Positions 14,100 to 25,576 of a stretch of DNA of 54,973 nt are shown piece by piece. Below the pieces are notes generated by a model. That model saw only the letters and a list, made by a program, of their open reading frames with translations, searched no databases and had not been told where the DNA came from. Within the stretch, counting starts at the first letter, position 1, and the number at the start of each line of letters is the position of its first letter. The DNA comes from Craspedostauros australis (Eukaryota), in NCBI GenBank assembly GCA_030167865.1, contig JALAGF010004555.1, forward strand, positions 1 through 54,973, read 5' to 3'. The position numbers and the translations under genes are program-made.

Positions 14100-15430
14100 T
14101 CATCTGAGTATGTGTTTCAGGTGCAGATCATCGTCAATTGTCCACCAGAGATTGAAGTAGCTCTGCTTTTTCTCAACCTCCTTGAGCGTTCCGATGATGG
14201 CGTCCGGCAACGTCGGGCCTTGCTCCCACATGACCTCACGACCTGGACCCGCGTAGCCGCCTTGGCCTGCTAATCGGTATCCCGCATCTACCAACAGCCG
14301 CAGCGTCTGTCGCTGCAGCTCTTCATCGTTCTCAACCGCAACGCGACTGGTTTCGGTGAACACATTTCGGATCATGCGTGCCTGAATTAGTCGTCGTGCG
14401 CCGCTGAGGACGAAGGCTTCGTACCGTTCGACGTCCACCTTGAGGATACTGATGATCGTACCATCGCTGTTGCTGTTGGCGTTGGCGTTCGAGGATTTTG
14501 TGAGCCAACCCTTGCCTTCCGCGAATTGGTCCAAAATCATGATAGGGATGCTGACTTTTGTGTACTTGGGCGGATTCTTGCCACCGCGCTTGATGAAACT
14601 GCCAGCACCGGGATTGCGCATCTGGTAGAATGTGAGATTGCTCGAATGGTCCGACGCACCGTAAGGGTAGATCTCGACCTTGGGGGATGTTGGCAGATTG
14701 AGTTGCGCATTGCTGGCTGCCGAATCCTGCCATTCAGCTGCAGAGCTTCGCAGAATCGTATTCTATTTGCTGTGTTGGGCTCAAAGGCATGCAAGTGGAT
14801 GGAGTCGCCGCCGACGGATGCGCTGGTCAAGGAGTAGTATCCTATGTTTCCACCAACATCGAGAACATGGTATTGCTGCTGAGACTGCTGCTGTTGGAGG
14901 GCCGATGACGATGCTTGTCTGGCCAGGATATGCCGCCATATCTTCTCCAACTTCCTCTCATAGTAGATCCCCTTCTGGTAGATGACCCAGCGCGGACGAT
15001 CAAAGTACTGGTGGTGGAGGGATACCCAGAACGGTGGTTGCGATATCGTTTGACGCTGCAGCTTGGTCTTGTTGTGCTTCTTGTCGCTGTCTTCGTCATC
15101 GATGTGCTTGTTGGGGTCATAGACCTGGTCATTCTCGACTTGCTGCAGCAATCGCTGGCAGTCCTCCGGTACGATTGGCAGTGCTTGGTGTTGTTCCTGC
15201 TGCTGGTGCTGGTGCTGCGGCTGATGCTGCTGCTTTTCCTCCAGCAGCCGCATCTCCTCCTGCAGCGCATCGATGCCGATCGCAAAGCCGTCGATCACTT
15301 CATCGGTGGCAAAGAGGTAGTACAGCACCAGCATGGCGGCAAACCCGCCAACTTGGATCCAAACCACTCGCTTCGGCCCACATACTGCTCCATCCTGCTT
15401 AGTTCTGTCCATTTGCGTCATCGTCTTCAT
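14100..15430 (-). CDS. FkbM-family SAM-dependent methyltransferase with an N-terminal membrane anchor; reading frame broken near 14731
   Basis: VLDVGGNIGYYSL and HAFEPN...RFCEALQLN lie in one frame; KVEIYPYGASD...LTFY and ISILKVDVERYEAFVLSGARRLI lie in the neighbouring frame. TM segment VVWIQVGGFAAMLVLYYLFA. Start at MKTMTQ (15430) is inferred. Confidence 0.85.
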
Positions 15431-16528
15431 ACCATACGAGTTACTCGTATTGGTCACATGGTGACACGCCTCTGGTGCTCCACAGGAACTGGATGTGAAG
15501 GTTTTGCATGCAGTTGGGCCGCGAGAGCGCAACAGAAGGCACAAGAGCACTTCTCTATTGCTCTCTCTCTCTCTCTGCGGGGCGCTCGAGTCGCACGTAC
15601 GCAGGTGTGGACGCAATTGCTCTCCGTTGCCTCGTCCTCGTACTCGTTCTTCGTCCGAGGACGCTCTTGCATGAGGCCCGCAGTCGTCAAGTCGCCGGCG
15701 TTGTGGATCGCCAGCGCAACGGTCATCTTGGGTCGAGGAAAATGAGGCGTGGAACCAAGATGTCTCCATCCATCAATCATCCAAGGTACCTCATTTGTAG
15801 TACTGTTGTAGAAAGTTGGTATCGTTGACGGTATCTGTCCTGAAATCGATACCTTTCACTGGTACTGGCATTGGTCGTGGTTTTATTCGTGATTGCTTCC
15901 GAGTTTCAAACGTGTTCCAAACGTGGTATCAAACGTGGATTGGTTGGTGTGAAAAACGGGACAGACGCTGGTTTGTTGAGTCGGGGACATCGGATGGATC
16001 TTTTGGGGAGACGCGACCGTTTCGTGTGTTTTTGTGGACTTCAGTTCATCATCTCGCATGAAGGATTCAGGCGTGGTTTCTTCCACCCAAAAGGCACGTT
16101 TGGCACCTGCCATCGACGAGTTGTTGTTCACATGTGAGGAGCGAAGATGGCATTCCGACGCTTTGCGGGCGTGAATAAAAGTATGAGTGTGGCAGCTCGT
16201 ACAGCATGAATCCTTGGATTGTGGTGAGATGACATGAGATGACAAGAGATGAAGTGAAGGTCATACTCGTACCCACACCATGCAACAATCCATGCGGCTC
16301 TAGAGAGGGTCCAGCCACATCATCTCTCGTTCTCATAAGTTCGATTGTCCCACAACAACAATCACAAGCCAACAACCAACAACCACAACCACAATCACAA
16401 TTGCACCAGGCATCAACATCAACATCAACAACCAAACGCATTCAAACGTGCCCACACTCGCACCAACAATCGCAACAACAACCAAGAAATAATCAAGGAA
16501 CAAGCAAACGCACCAAACGACTGCCAAC

Positions 16529-19039
16529 ATGGACGACGGACAACCAGGCGGAGAAGGGATCGGCATTGGAGGCTTTCAGATGATGGGCATCATGAACGCC
16601 TTCAAGACTGGCGATATGCAAACGGACATGATCATCGCCATGTGCATCCCATTCATCATGCGGTTCATCTTTCGCATCGTCAACAGCACGGAACCAGCCA
16701 CGTTCCTTCAACTCTTCTTCGGCTGGTGGAAGGTGGAGAGCGATCTTCACCATCGTTACGTGACCTACAAATGCACGCGCACGACATGGGGATCCACGTA
16801 CGGCATGGACAACGACTCGAAGAATTCCATCCTCATGAAGGCCATCCGTCTCTACATCGACCAGGTCCTCAAGCTGCGCTTGGATCAGGCGGATGTCGTG
16901 CTCACCGGCACGCAATCGCCAGACGCCGGTTACCACAACTCGTACTACGAATCTGACGATGACTCTGACGGTGGCTCGCGTCGAACCATGGTCGGCATGC
17001 TCAGCCGTTACAAGATCATGCAGTCTCCACCTAACAACGAGTGGCACAGCTTGGGATACTTCCGCGCCAAGGACAGTGACGAGGATGTCGACGAGACCAT
17101 GGGCGGCTTCCGCAAGCACGGGAAGCAAGTCTACGATGGCACCATCAGCAACGGCAAGAACGACGAGAACATGGAAGATGAGGACAATCCAAGGTTGGGA
17201 GAAGTGGAGCTGAGGATCGAAACGGAGACCGAAACCGACGGTGATTCCGGGAACAACAACAATAACAACAACGGCGGCAACAACCAGCGCCCTGATGTGG
17301 AGACGACCCGATTCCACTTCACGTCGCCAAAGGAAGGCGCCATCGATGCCTTCATCGAGACGGCCTACAAGTGGTACCTCGACCAGCTCCGCAAGATGGA
17401 GGACAACGCACGTTACTTCTACGAACTCAAGGTCTCCACACCAAAGATCACCAGCGCAGAGAGCCACGGCGAAGACAGCAGCGATTCGGAAGGCGCCGTG
17501 TACAAGCGCTACAAGCTCAGCGACCAGAAGACCTTCCAGAGCCTCTTCTTCCGACAGAAGGAGTCCCTCCTCTCCCTCATTGACCATTTCACCAACCGCA
17601 CTGGCAAGTACGCCATCCCAGGATACCCGCACAAGCTGGGGGTCATGCTGCACGGACCACCAGGCACTGGCAAGACCAGCCTCATCAAGGCTTTGGCGCA
17701 CTACACCGGACGCTCCATCATCAACGTCCCGCTCTCCAAGGTCTCCACCAACGCAGAGCTCATGTCCATCTTCTTCGACAACAAGTACCAGGTTGAAGGC
17801 GGCGATGTCGCCGTCACGCTCAACTTCAAGGACGTCATCTTCGTCATGGAAGATGTCGATGCGGCATCCAAGGTCGTGCGACGACGTGATGGCATGAAGA
17901 CGGCGGACGTCGTGCAGACGGAGACGGTGGAAATGCCGCTGCCAAAGTCCATGTGGACGATGCTGTTGGAAAGCACCGACAGCAACTGTCGCGAGCTGGT
18001 CGAGGTGCTGATGGAGAAGTCAGAGCGCCTCAAGAAGGAGGCGGAGAAGCCCGAGGTCATCCGAGCCATCGCGCAGCGCATGATGGGCTTGCCAGGGCTC
18101 GGCTTGGTGGGAGAGACCGGTGACGACAAGACTTTGTCCAAGATCAGCAAGGAAGCCGTCGATGCCGCGAGTGATTTGATGAACCAGTACTCCACAGTCA
18201 ATCAGTTCGTATCCACCCACGCCGAGGCCATCAAGGCCCTCGTGGATTCCGGCACTGAAGTTGACGACAGCTTCGTCGATGACCTCCTTGGCCTCACCAC
18301 GGGTGGCCCAATCTCCATGATCAGCCCACTAAAGCCGGGCGCCCTTTCCCGCAACGTCTCCTACAACACGTACAGCGAGAACGAGGAGGTCACCTTGGGA
18401 GGCGGCACACCACCAGGCCGAGGCAAGGCCAATGGCGCCAGCATGGGACAGATCGCCCAGAAGCTGTTCCAAAGCCAAACATCTGCAGCCGCAGCCGCAG
18501 GCAACAGCACCAACGGCAGCGGCATGGCCGATGGCTTGGGACTGGACATGGACATCGGTGGTGGCAGCGGCTTTGGCACATCTTCGTTGATCGGTCCGTC
18601 GTTGGGATTCGGCAAGAAGAACAAGGACGCACTGTCCCTGGCGGGATTGCTCAACGTGCTGGATGGCGTGGTCGATTCGCCATCCCGCATGCTCATTATG
18701 ACCACCAACCATCCCGAGATGCTGGACCCTGCCTTGGTGCGTCCTGGTCGCATCGACAAGAAGATCATGCTGGGATACATGCAGGCCGAAGACGTCGTGC
18801 ACATGCTGCAGCATTACTTCCAGACGGAGCTCACGCAGGAGCACCGCGAGACTGTGGAGGGCATCTTCCGCAGCGAGGAATGCCAGCTGCAGCTCACACC
18901 CGCCCAGGTGGAGCAGATGACGGCGGAGCACGAGACGGTGGAAGAGATGATCGGTGCCCTCGCCGACATGGCGCAACCAACAGAGCACAAGAAGAAGTTC
19001 TGCAAGACGTCGGCCACGACACTGAAGTACAATGTTTGA
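16529..19039 (+). CDS. BCS1-like AAA+ ATPase with a large insertion in the ATPase domain
   Basis: Walker A GVMLHGPPGTGKTSLIKALA; Walker B VIFVMEDVD; BCS1-type LSLAGLLNVLDG...MTTNHPEMLDPALVRPGRIDK; LTPAQV; N-terminal hydrophobic segment; strong codon bias. Confidence 0.92.
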   Translation: MDDGQPGGEGIGIGGFQMMGIMNAFKTGDMQTDMIIAMCIPFIMRFIFRIVNSTEPATFLQLFFGWWKVESDLHHRYVTYKCTRTTWGSTYGMDNDSKNSILMKAIRLYIDQVLKLRLDQADVVLTGTQSPDAGYHNSYYESDDDSDGGSRRTMVGMLSRYKIMQSPPNNEWHSLGYFRAKDSDEDVDETMGGFRKHGKQVYDGTISNGKNDENMEDEDNPRLGEVELRIETETETDGDSGNNNNNNNGGNNQRPDVETTRFHFTSPKEGAIDAFIETAYKWYLDQLRKMEDNARYFYELKVSTPKITSAESHGEDSSDSEGAVYKRYKLSDQKTFQSLFFRQKESLLSLIDHFTNRTGKYAIPGYPHKLGVMLHGPPGTGKTSLIKALAHYTGRSIINVPLSKVSTNAELMSIFFDNKYQVEGGDVAVTLNFKDVIFVMEDVDAASKVVRRRDGMKTADVVQTETVEMPLPKSMWTMLLESTDSNCRELVEVLMEKSERLKKEAEKPEVIRAIAQRMMGLPGLGLVGETGDDKTLSKISKEAVDAASDLMNQYSTVNQFVSTHAEAIKALVDSGTEVDDSFVDDLLGLTTGGPISMISPLKPGALSRNVSYNTYSENEEVTLGGGTPPGRGKANGASMGQIAQKLFQSQTSAAAAAGNSTNGSGMADGLGLDMDIGGGSGFGTSSLIGPSLGFGKKNKDALSLAGLLNVLDGVVDSPSRMLIMTTNHPEMLDPALVRPGRIDKKIMLGYMQAEDVVHMLQHYFQTELTQEHRETVEGIFRSEECQLQLTPAQVEQMTAEHETVEEMIGALADMAQPTEHKKKFCKTSATTLKYNV

Positions 19040-19652
19040 GGTGCATCTCAATGAAATAAGGCATCGTGTCGTCAGCGTGGGCGTTGCAGGCTAGTGCATA
19101 GCCGTATGACACGCAGGTGCTCACCAAGTAAAGTTAGTTAAAACAACACCCCACAGTTACATCCACTTCCAAGCCATTGCTCTGCGTCTACCTGCCCTCT
19201 CCACCATCTTCGATTGAGGCTTGCCGATCCAACCATGCCACAACCCTCACATCGATACATCGTTGGCACCATGCCATGAGACATCATTGGCTTCGCCTCC
19301 GTGCCCGTGCTACTATTGTGGATTGGATTGGATCCAGAGAGCGTCACTTCGTTCTTGTTTGTGCTACTCTGTACCATGTTGTGTTGTTGTTGTTTTTTGC
19401 GTAGTGCCCCAAAGGGCTCTTCATCTAGTTCATTGTGTCGTGACTATACAGAGAAGTTGATACGGCGTGTGTCTTGCATCATCCCATCTCATCTCATCTC
19501 ACCCAATCTCATTGCGTTGTTTTCATTGCTCGCCATTTTCGTTTCGTTTCGTTCCGTTCCATCCCTTCAGGACGTGCTTCCTTTTCTTTTCCTCTTACCC
19601 ACACCGTATCATGCTATTCCGTGCCGGTGCCATGCACAACAGTGGTCTATAC

Positions 19653-21952
19653 TCATACTGCAGGAGCAGCAATCACATCCGTGGCCATCGGCACGTCGAC
19701 GGGAGCAGCAGCATCTGAATTGCCCCCCGTCAGGGCCAAGGTCGACATGCTCACGGATGCTGCGTCGGACAGGACTGCCTTGCTATCCACCAGCTTCATC
19801 AGCTGCAAAAGCTCCGGGATGGAGGTCTGCGCACTGCGCTGCTGAATGAGGCACTTGCGCTGCTCCGTTTGATCCGCAAAGCAGATGAAGCCGTCCGCGT
19901 CTTGCGTGAATGACACCCCGGATTCGCACAACAGCGCGATGATGCTGTCGTCTGTGAAGGATGCTGCGGCGGCGGCTCTTTCTTGCGCGTTGGATACCTC
20001 CGCCATCTCGTCCACCAAGGCATCCCGGAGATCGTTGAGGGAGACCACGGCGAAGATTGCTGCCAGATGGGAGATCTTCCAGTGCATGCTCTTGGTGCAC
20101 ACCTGCCCAAACAAGCCAACGTTGTTGTCTTTTTTCAGCACAGCACGGTGCGTGGTTCCGAGGTGCTTCAGCTTCTTGAAATCCTGGCTGGCGAAGGCTT
20201 GGACGATTTTGGTGTACACATGGATGGATTCGAACATGGGGTTCCGCGAATTGGCACCGGCCTGTTGTTCTTGGTGTGACATTTCACGGCCACCCTCCCC
20301 GGCGTCGCTGCGACCACCGCGTTTGGAACCTTGCTGTGGCGGCGCTTTCTTGTCGCCCTTCGCCCCGAGTCGGTGCGCGTTGAGCAAGAGAGTGAAACAG
20401 GATGGCATGCCATGGGGAGCTCTCGTGAGATGCTTCGCTCTGATCTCTACCGGGGTCTTTGCATTGCTGCGTTGACCTCCTTTTGCTTTTAGCACCAAGG
20501 ACGATTTGCCTTCGGTGATGCCGCTGCTGCCTGCTCCAGGTTTCGACTGTGATGAGCCTGCGGGTGTTGATGCAGAGGTGGCCGGTGAGGAGGCCGAGGC
20601 GCTGCCTGCGATCGCAGAAGTCCCGTCATCGACGTAGTTGGTGCCCGGCACGTACTGCAAGCACTGGACGAGGACGAGCTTCTTCCAGGCATCCAGCTGG
20701 ATGGCAGAGGCCTGCTCTGTGGGCACAGACAGGCAAGTCCAAAGGCAGGAATGGGCAGCCATCATGTCGTCGCAACCGATGTGCACCATTCCGCGAAGCA
20801 GGTAGTAGCGCATGGTAAGCTCCGTCATCTTGGCGTTCGCAGAGGACGGGACGGGCGAACCTGGGGGTGCGTTGGACACGCACATGATGCCGAACGAGGT
20901 TGGTCGCGGCCATGTGCCCTTGACGATGCGCGCCGCGTAACGATAGTGCTCAGCCAACAAACAGCATTGCAGGAACTCCACCGCAACCACGGAGAGGTGA
21001 CGCTCATGATCCGGTTCCATGTGTAGCATCGCGTGCACGAGAGCGGGGATGATCCCGGATTGGGTGATGCGCATGCGTGTGGCCTGGCTTGACCGGAGGA
21101 TGGATGCCGCCACTCCTACCGTCTGTTGTGCAAGTGGCATGGATGCCATGTATGTTCACGACGTATGTTTGTGCACGGCGCGATTGAATGGTGTGATTGA
21201 ATGGTTGAGTGGTGGGATGTAATCAGGGCAGAATGTAGCAACGTGCAGCAAAGCAAAGTCAATTGAGGACGAAATTGGAGAGGGAGTGAGAACGATACAG
21301 AGCAGCAGATAGGAGGGAAGTATTATGGGTTGAGTACTCCACTTTGCTCTACTCTGTTCCACTCCACTCTGGAACGGAGCAGCCAGTGGAGCGCAAGAAG
21401 CAAGCAGTGGCATGCGAATGAACTTACCTCAACAACGTCGCGGAGATCCTGCGATCGGCGCACGTCCTGCATTCTGGCCACTGCAGACCCATCCGTTGCG
21501 CTTCCACCCGCGATGGCCGCCATCCCTCGCAGGATGGTCTTGCCCGCGAGACCGAGGAAGGAAGCCGCGAGCAGGCAGACCTGCTCCTTCTGGCTCGGAT
21601 CCTTCAACGCATCGAAGAAGCGCAGGAGGATGGGGCAGACCACGCCGGAAACGTGTCTCACGATCTCCTCTGCCTGGTAGACCGTGGTGGCCTCCATGAG
21701 GGCAGCCGAAGTCGCGGAGACATACGCGATGGGATCATCCAGCAGCTGCTGGGGAATACTGGGTTGCACAGGCAGCGGTTGCGGCGGTGGCTGGTTCTGC
21801 TGTTGTTGCTGCTGTTGCTGTTGTTGCTGCTGCTGCGTGTCCTGCTGCGTGTCATGCTGTTGCTGTTGCTGCACGTCATGCTGCTGATGCTCCTGCGGAA
21901 CTCCTCCCGCTTCCCCGGCACCCGCAGCAGCGTCACCTGCGTCGCTCGGCAT
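19653..21952 (-). CDS. CSN3: COP9 signalosome subunit 3-like protein (PCI domain); exons 21952..21428 and 21122..19653
   Basis: RYYLLRGMVHIG...CLSVPTEQASAIQLDAWKKLVLVQCL and DNNVGLFGQVC...KISHLAAIFAVVSLNDL match the CSN3 motifs as I recall them (YYYGGMIY..TTPA..VSHIMLESYKKYILVSL; DNNMGLVKQ..IQRLTKTFLTLSL). The phase-0 intron 21123..21427 (GAG|GTAAGT ... AACAG|ACG) joins VVE-TVGVAAS. Confidence 0.82.
21797..21888 (-). repeat. CAG/CAA-rich polyglutamine-coding tract in CSN3 exon 1
   Basis: Translates as HQQHDVQQQQQHDTQQDTQQQQQQQQQQQQQNQ. Confidence 0.85.
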
Positions 21953-23644
21953 CGTGCTTGTCGTCTGCTTCCTCTTCACCTTGAATCTCCTTGTGTGGTC
22001 TGCGCCGAACTGTGCTGCTGTGCTGCTGAGTAGAGTGGAGTAGAGTGGAGTGGAGTTGAGTAGATCGTATCTGTGTTATGCTGATAGCTGTGGTGTGGAT
22101 CGCAGTGGTGTTGTGAGGTATTTTGTGCAACCAACAACAATAACAACAACAACAGCAGCGCATGAACAAGAAGCGCGACTCGACACGTGCTTTCCCACCA
22201 CAGCGACGGAACCTCACACCAAGACGACGGAGAGAGGAGCGGCAGCGTGTTTCGAAGACATCGAGAAGATCTTCCGCTTTCGGATCCCCACTTCGTTCGT
22301 TGTCGATCTGCGCTGTCTTCGAGTTCTTCGTGCCGTGTCCTGTCGTGTCCACTCCACTCCCTTTGTTCGCGACTGTCACCAACAACGCCAACAGCGCGAT
22401 CACAGCGTTGCCGCTGTTCTTCCAGTTTGCGTTCGTTTCTGCTAGAGTCCATGTGGTCGACGATTCGTCGCGATTGACTATGACGTTAAATAGTAGTTAT
22501 TTTGCGGGGAAGAATAGAAGAACAAACAGCGAACACAAATGACACTCATCCGCCTTGCATCCCATCAGTGAAGAATGAAACGATTGAATTCGTGACTCAA
22601 TGATCCACATAGTGTGTCCCGAGTACTATGTAAAAGTTGTTCTGAACCAATTGGGTGTTGCGTGGAATTACTACATCTTCACATTAAAGAACGTTGAACG
22701 AACGTTATATCAATGTCGTATTGTATGAGTCACGAACCATTAGTCACATCCAGTCTTGTGAGATTGTTTGACACGATGATGCTCGCAGATGCGAGCACAG
22801 CAAACAGGAACGCACGCGTTCGCTTGGGCATGAAATTTCAGTTTTGCTCAGCCGACGTCGTGCACCAATGGGAACGCCCATTGACATTTCGCTGACTCGT
22901 TGGTGTCTTGGTGTGACAACATGCTTCCACGAGTTCGGGATGTGCCAGCGATGAATTTGCAACGCCAAACCCGCATTTGCGAGCTGCAAGGTGACAGCCA
23001 ATCAATCAACCCACTCCGACGGATAACGAACCAACAACTTCACGCGATACACCGTCTTGTGGATGTCCCCAAAAGGCCGCTCTGCGAAAGATGTCCAGAA
23101 CAGCGACATCGACGGGAAGAGCGAACAACAACGAGGATACAGCAACTGCGCAGCGGCTGCACCACATCTCAAACAGAGACAGCGGAGAAATTGCAACAGA
23201 GCCGTATTGCCGAAAGGACACGAAGAACGGAAAAAGAACAAGGAAAGAAAATGCGTGGCATCAGCAACGCCTCCAACAGCACGTTAGATGCCTGCTGGAT
23301 ACTGTTGTCGCCTGATGTTGCTGTCGTGGTTGCCACCGTCGTGCCTCTGCCTGCCCCTCAATCTTCCAGACCTTTCGCTCTTCGCGACCACCATCATTCT
23401 CGTCTTCGTGCTCGCGGCAACGCACAATCAAAGCATCACGGCAAGCTGCCATCACCACCACCATCAACACAACAACACCAACATCTCTCACAAAATTATT
23501 TCATTTCCAGTTCGTCACAACTTGCACCAAACTTGCACTAAGCGCAAACACCACATCAATACAACACATCAATACTATACATCAGTACTATTCCATATCA
23601 ATACTCTCCGAACTAGAATATTCTATTCTATTCTATTACACACC

Positions 23645-24970
23645 ATGTCGATAGCATCAGCAGCCGCATCCGCCGTGAGCATGAGCCACGAGAAGGAAGC
23701 CGAGAACATTTCCTCCCTCCCATCGCAGCAACGCCTGTTCGCCCAGCAGCATGCATCCGCAGCAGGCTCCAGCCCAAGCAACGACAATGGCACAGGCAGC
23801 TCCCTGCAGAAATCCACCATCTACAAGCGCCACCAAGCAAGGCTCCGCAGAAGCATGTCGTTGCGCGATGATCCGCGTCCGTCCGTGGTCCGCGTGCTCT
23901 CTCTGCTTCCTGGATTCCGCATGGTCATTCCGCAGTATGATCCCTCTTTGGCGTCGGAGAAGAATTCTGCGCCAGCCGCAGCGCTGCCGCTCTCGATGGC
24001 CACTTCGGCAGCCTTCTCGGAGGACACCGTCTTCGTCTCTGGCGATGTTGGCTCATCTTCATCGTCTTCTTCATCGTCGCCCTTTGCTTCTGCTGCGGCA
24101 TCCAGCGCTTCGGCGTCAACAGTGACGCCCTTGCACACCATGGTGGCAGCCGCAGTTGCGGCAAGCGCAGCCAACGGATTCTTCCGCAACTCCGCGGCGC
24201 AGGCCAGCACGCAGCTGTTCGCTTCGGGCGGCGCCCTCTCTGCCGGCGTCAAGAGGAATCCGTTCTCTATGCCACCGGCAGCAGCAGCACCGCCAACCAC
24301 AGCTTCTCCTTTGTCATTTGCCATCACGCAGTCTGGTGTGCTCGCAGTTAATCCAACCGGCGCCGCTGCTCCGCAACCTTCCGTCGGCAACGCCCTGCAA
24401 TCGTCGGCTGCCACGAAAGCAGTCCCACGCCAATCCGCTGTGGTCCTGGCCAGATCGGTCGCGGCAACATCCGCGATCTTCACGGCCCGTGCCATGGCGC
24501 AGCAGCAAACTGGCGGCGATTCCGTGCTCTCCAACATCGCGGCTGGGCTTGTGGCAGGAGGAGCGGCGACGCTTGCCGCCAAGCCTGCCACGATACCAAC
24601 CACGCACATGATGCCATCCAACCTCAGCGCCGTGTCCTGCGTCTCGTCGGCCACTGCAACAACCACAGCAATCCCGTCCAGCACGTTGGCGGCCCGAGAA
24701 ATGGTGGCCGCCTTCCTCTACTTCCAGCTCTACGACATCACGCGCGCCACAATCGCGCCAACACACGAACAGACCATGACATCGGTTGCCACGACGTCTG
24801 CCGTGGCGGGTGCTATCGCGGGATCCCTCGCACAAGGAGTACGAAGCAGCATGCACCGCAGCGGCGGAGTGATCCGCAATGCCGCGGTCGCCGCACCCAA
24901 ACACGCGCTGCTCTTTGCCACCTACGACACTCTTCTGCATGCCATGCAGATGTCCCCAAACAACGAATAG
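23645..24970 (+). CDS. Ala/Ser-rich protein with a degenerate mitochondrial-carrier (SLC25)-like C-terminal region
   Basis: CACCATG start at 23645. C-terminal segments AAGLVAGGAATLAAKP, AREMVAAFLYFQLYD, AVAGAIAGSLAQ and AAPKHALLFATYD resemble the odd and even helices of carrier repeats. The PX[DE]XX[KR] signature is absent. Confidence 0.55.
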   Translation: MSIASAAASAVSMSHEKEAENISSLPSQQRLFAQQHASAAGSSPSNDNGTGSSLQKSTIYKRHQARLRRSMSLRDDPRPSVVRVLSLLPGFRMVIPQYDPSLASEKNSAPAAALPLSMATSAAFSEDTVFVSGDVGSSSSSSSSSPFASAAASSASASTVTPLHTMVAAAVAASAANGFFRNSAAQASTQLFASGGALSAGVKRNPFSMPPAAAAPPTTASPLSFAITQSGVLAVNPTGAAAPQPSVGNALQSSAATKAVPRQSAVVLARSVAATSAIFTARAMAQQQTGGDSVLSNIAAGLVAGGAATLAAKPATIPTTHMMPSNLSAVSCVSSATATTTAIPSSTLAAREMVAAFLYFQLYDITRATIAPTHEQTMTSVATTSAVAGAIAGSLAQGVRSSMHRSGGVIRNAAVAAPKHALLFATYDTLLHAMQMSPNNE

Positions 24971-25576
24971 ATAGACAAAAACAACAGTACCAGATAATAC
25001 AAGCGAAATCCAATTCGACCACAAACACAACTACTCCGCACTAATACATTACATAGAGAGAGAGCGCGCGAGTATTCAACACAATGATGTTGGCAGAACA
25101 TGGCGAATCTGAAAGCAAGCGCAGTTGAGGAATAGAAGAATCTCCACACGGACACTGACAATCAAATAATACAGAACAAGCAGACCTGCGAGTATCGGCG
25201 TCGTTGGATGAATGACGACACACAGCGCTCCGCTGCGGAGTGAATTTATTCCATTGTTCTCTATTATTCCATTGTATAATAGTGGTTTACGAATGAGAGA
25301 GAGAGAGAGAAGCAATAGGGCCCGCACGTATTTTTGGAAGTACCAATGTGTACGCATGTAATATGGACGCATGTCTTGCATCATAGTCGTACACCGTACC
25401 AGCACGTTCCGAAAAGAACCAAGCCACCAATGGATGCCATTGTCTTTGTCACTTGTGGTCATTCGCATTGTATTGCATTGCACTGCGTTGCATGGCGTCG
25501 TTTTGGATTTGATAGTCGACCCTCCGTATCGTACGAGCGCAACGACCATAGTATTCTTACACACATATGGTCGTTG

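Noticed and set aside
13810-14103. 97-aa minus-strand ORF whose ATG overlaps the FkbM stop (ATGA)
   Set aside because: No recognisable motif, and translational coupling is not expected in a nuclear gene; probably 3' UTR.
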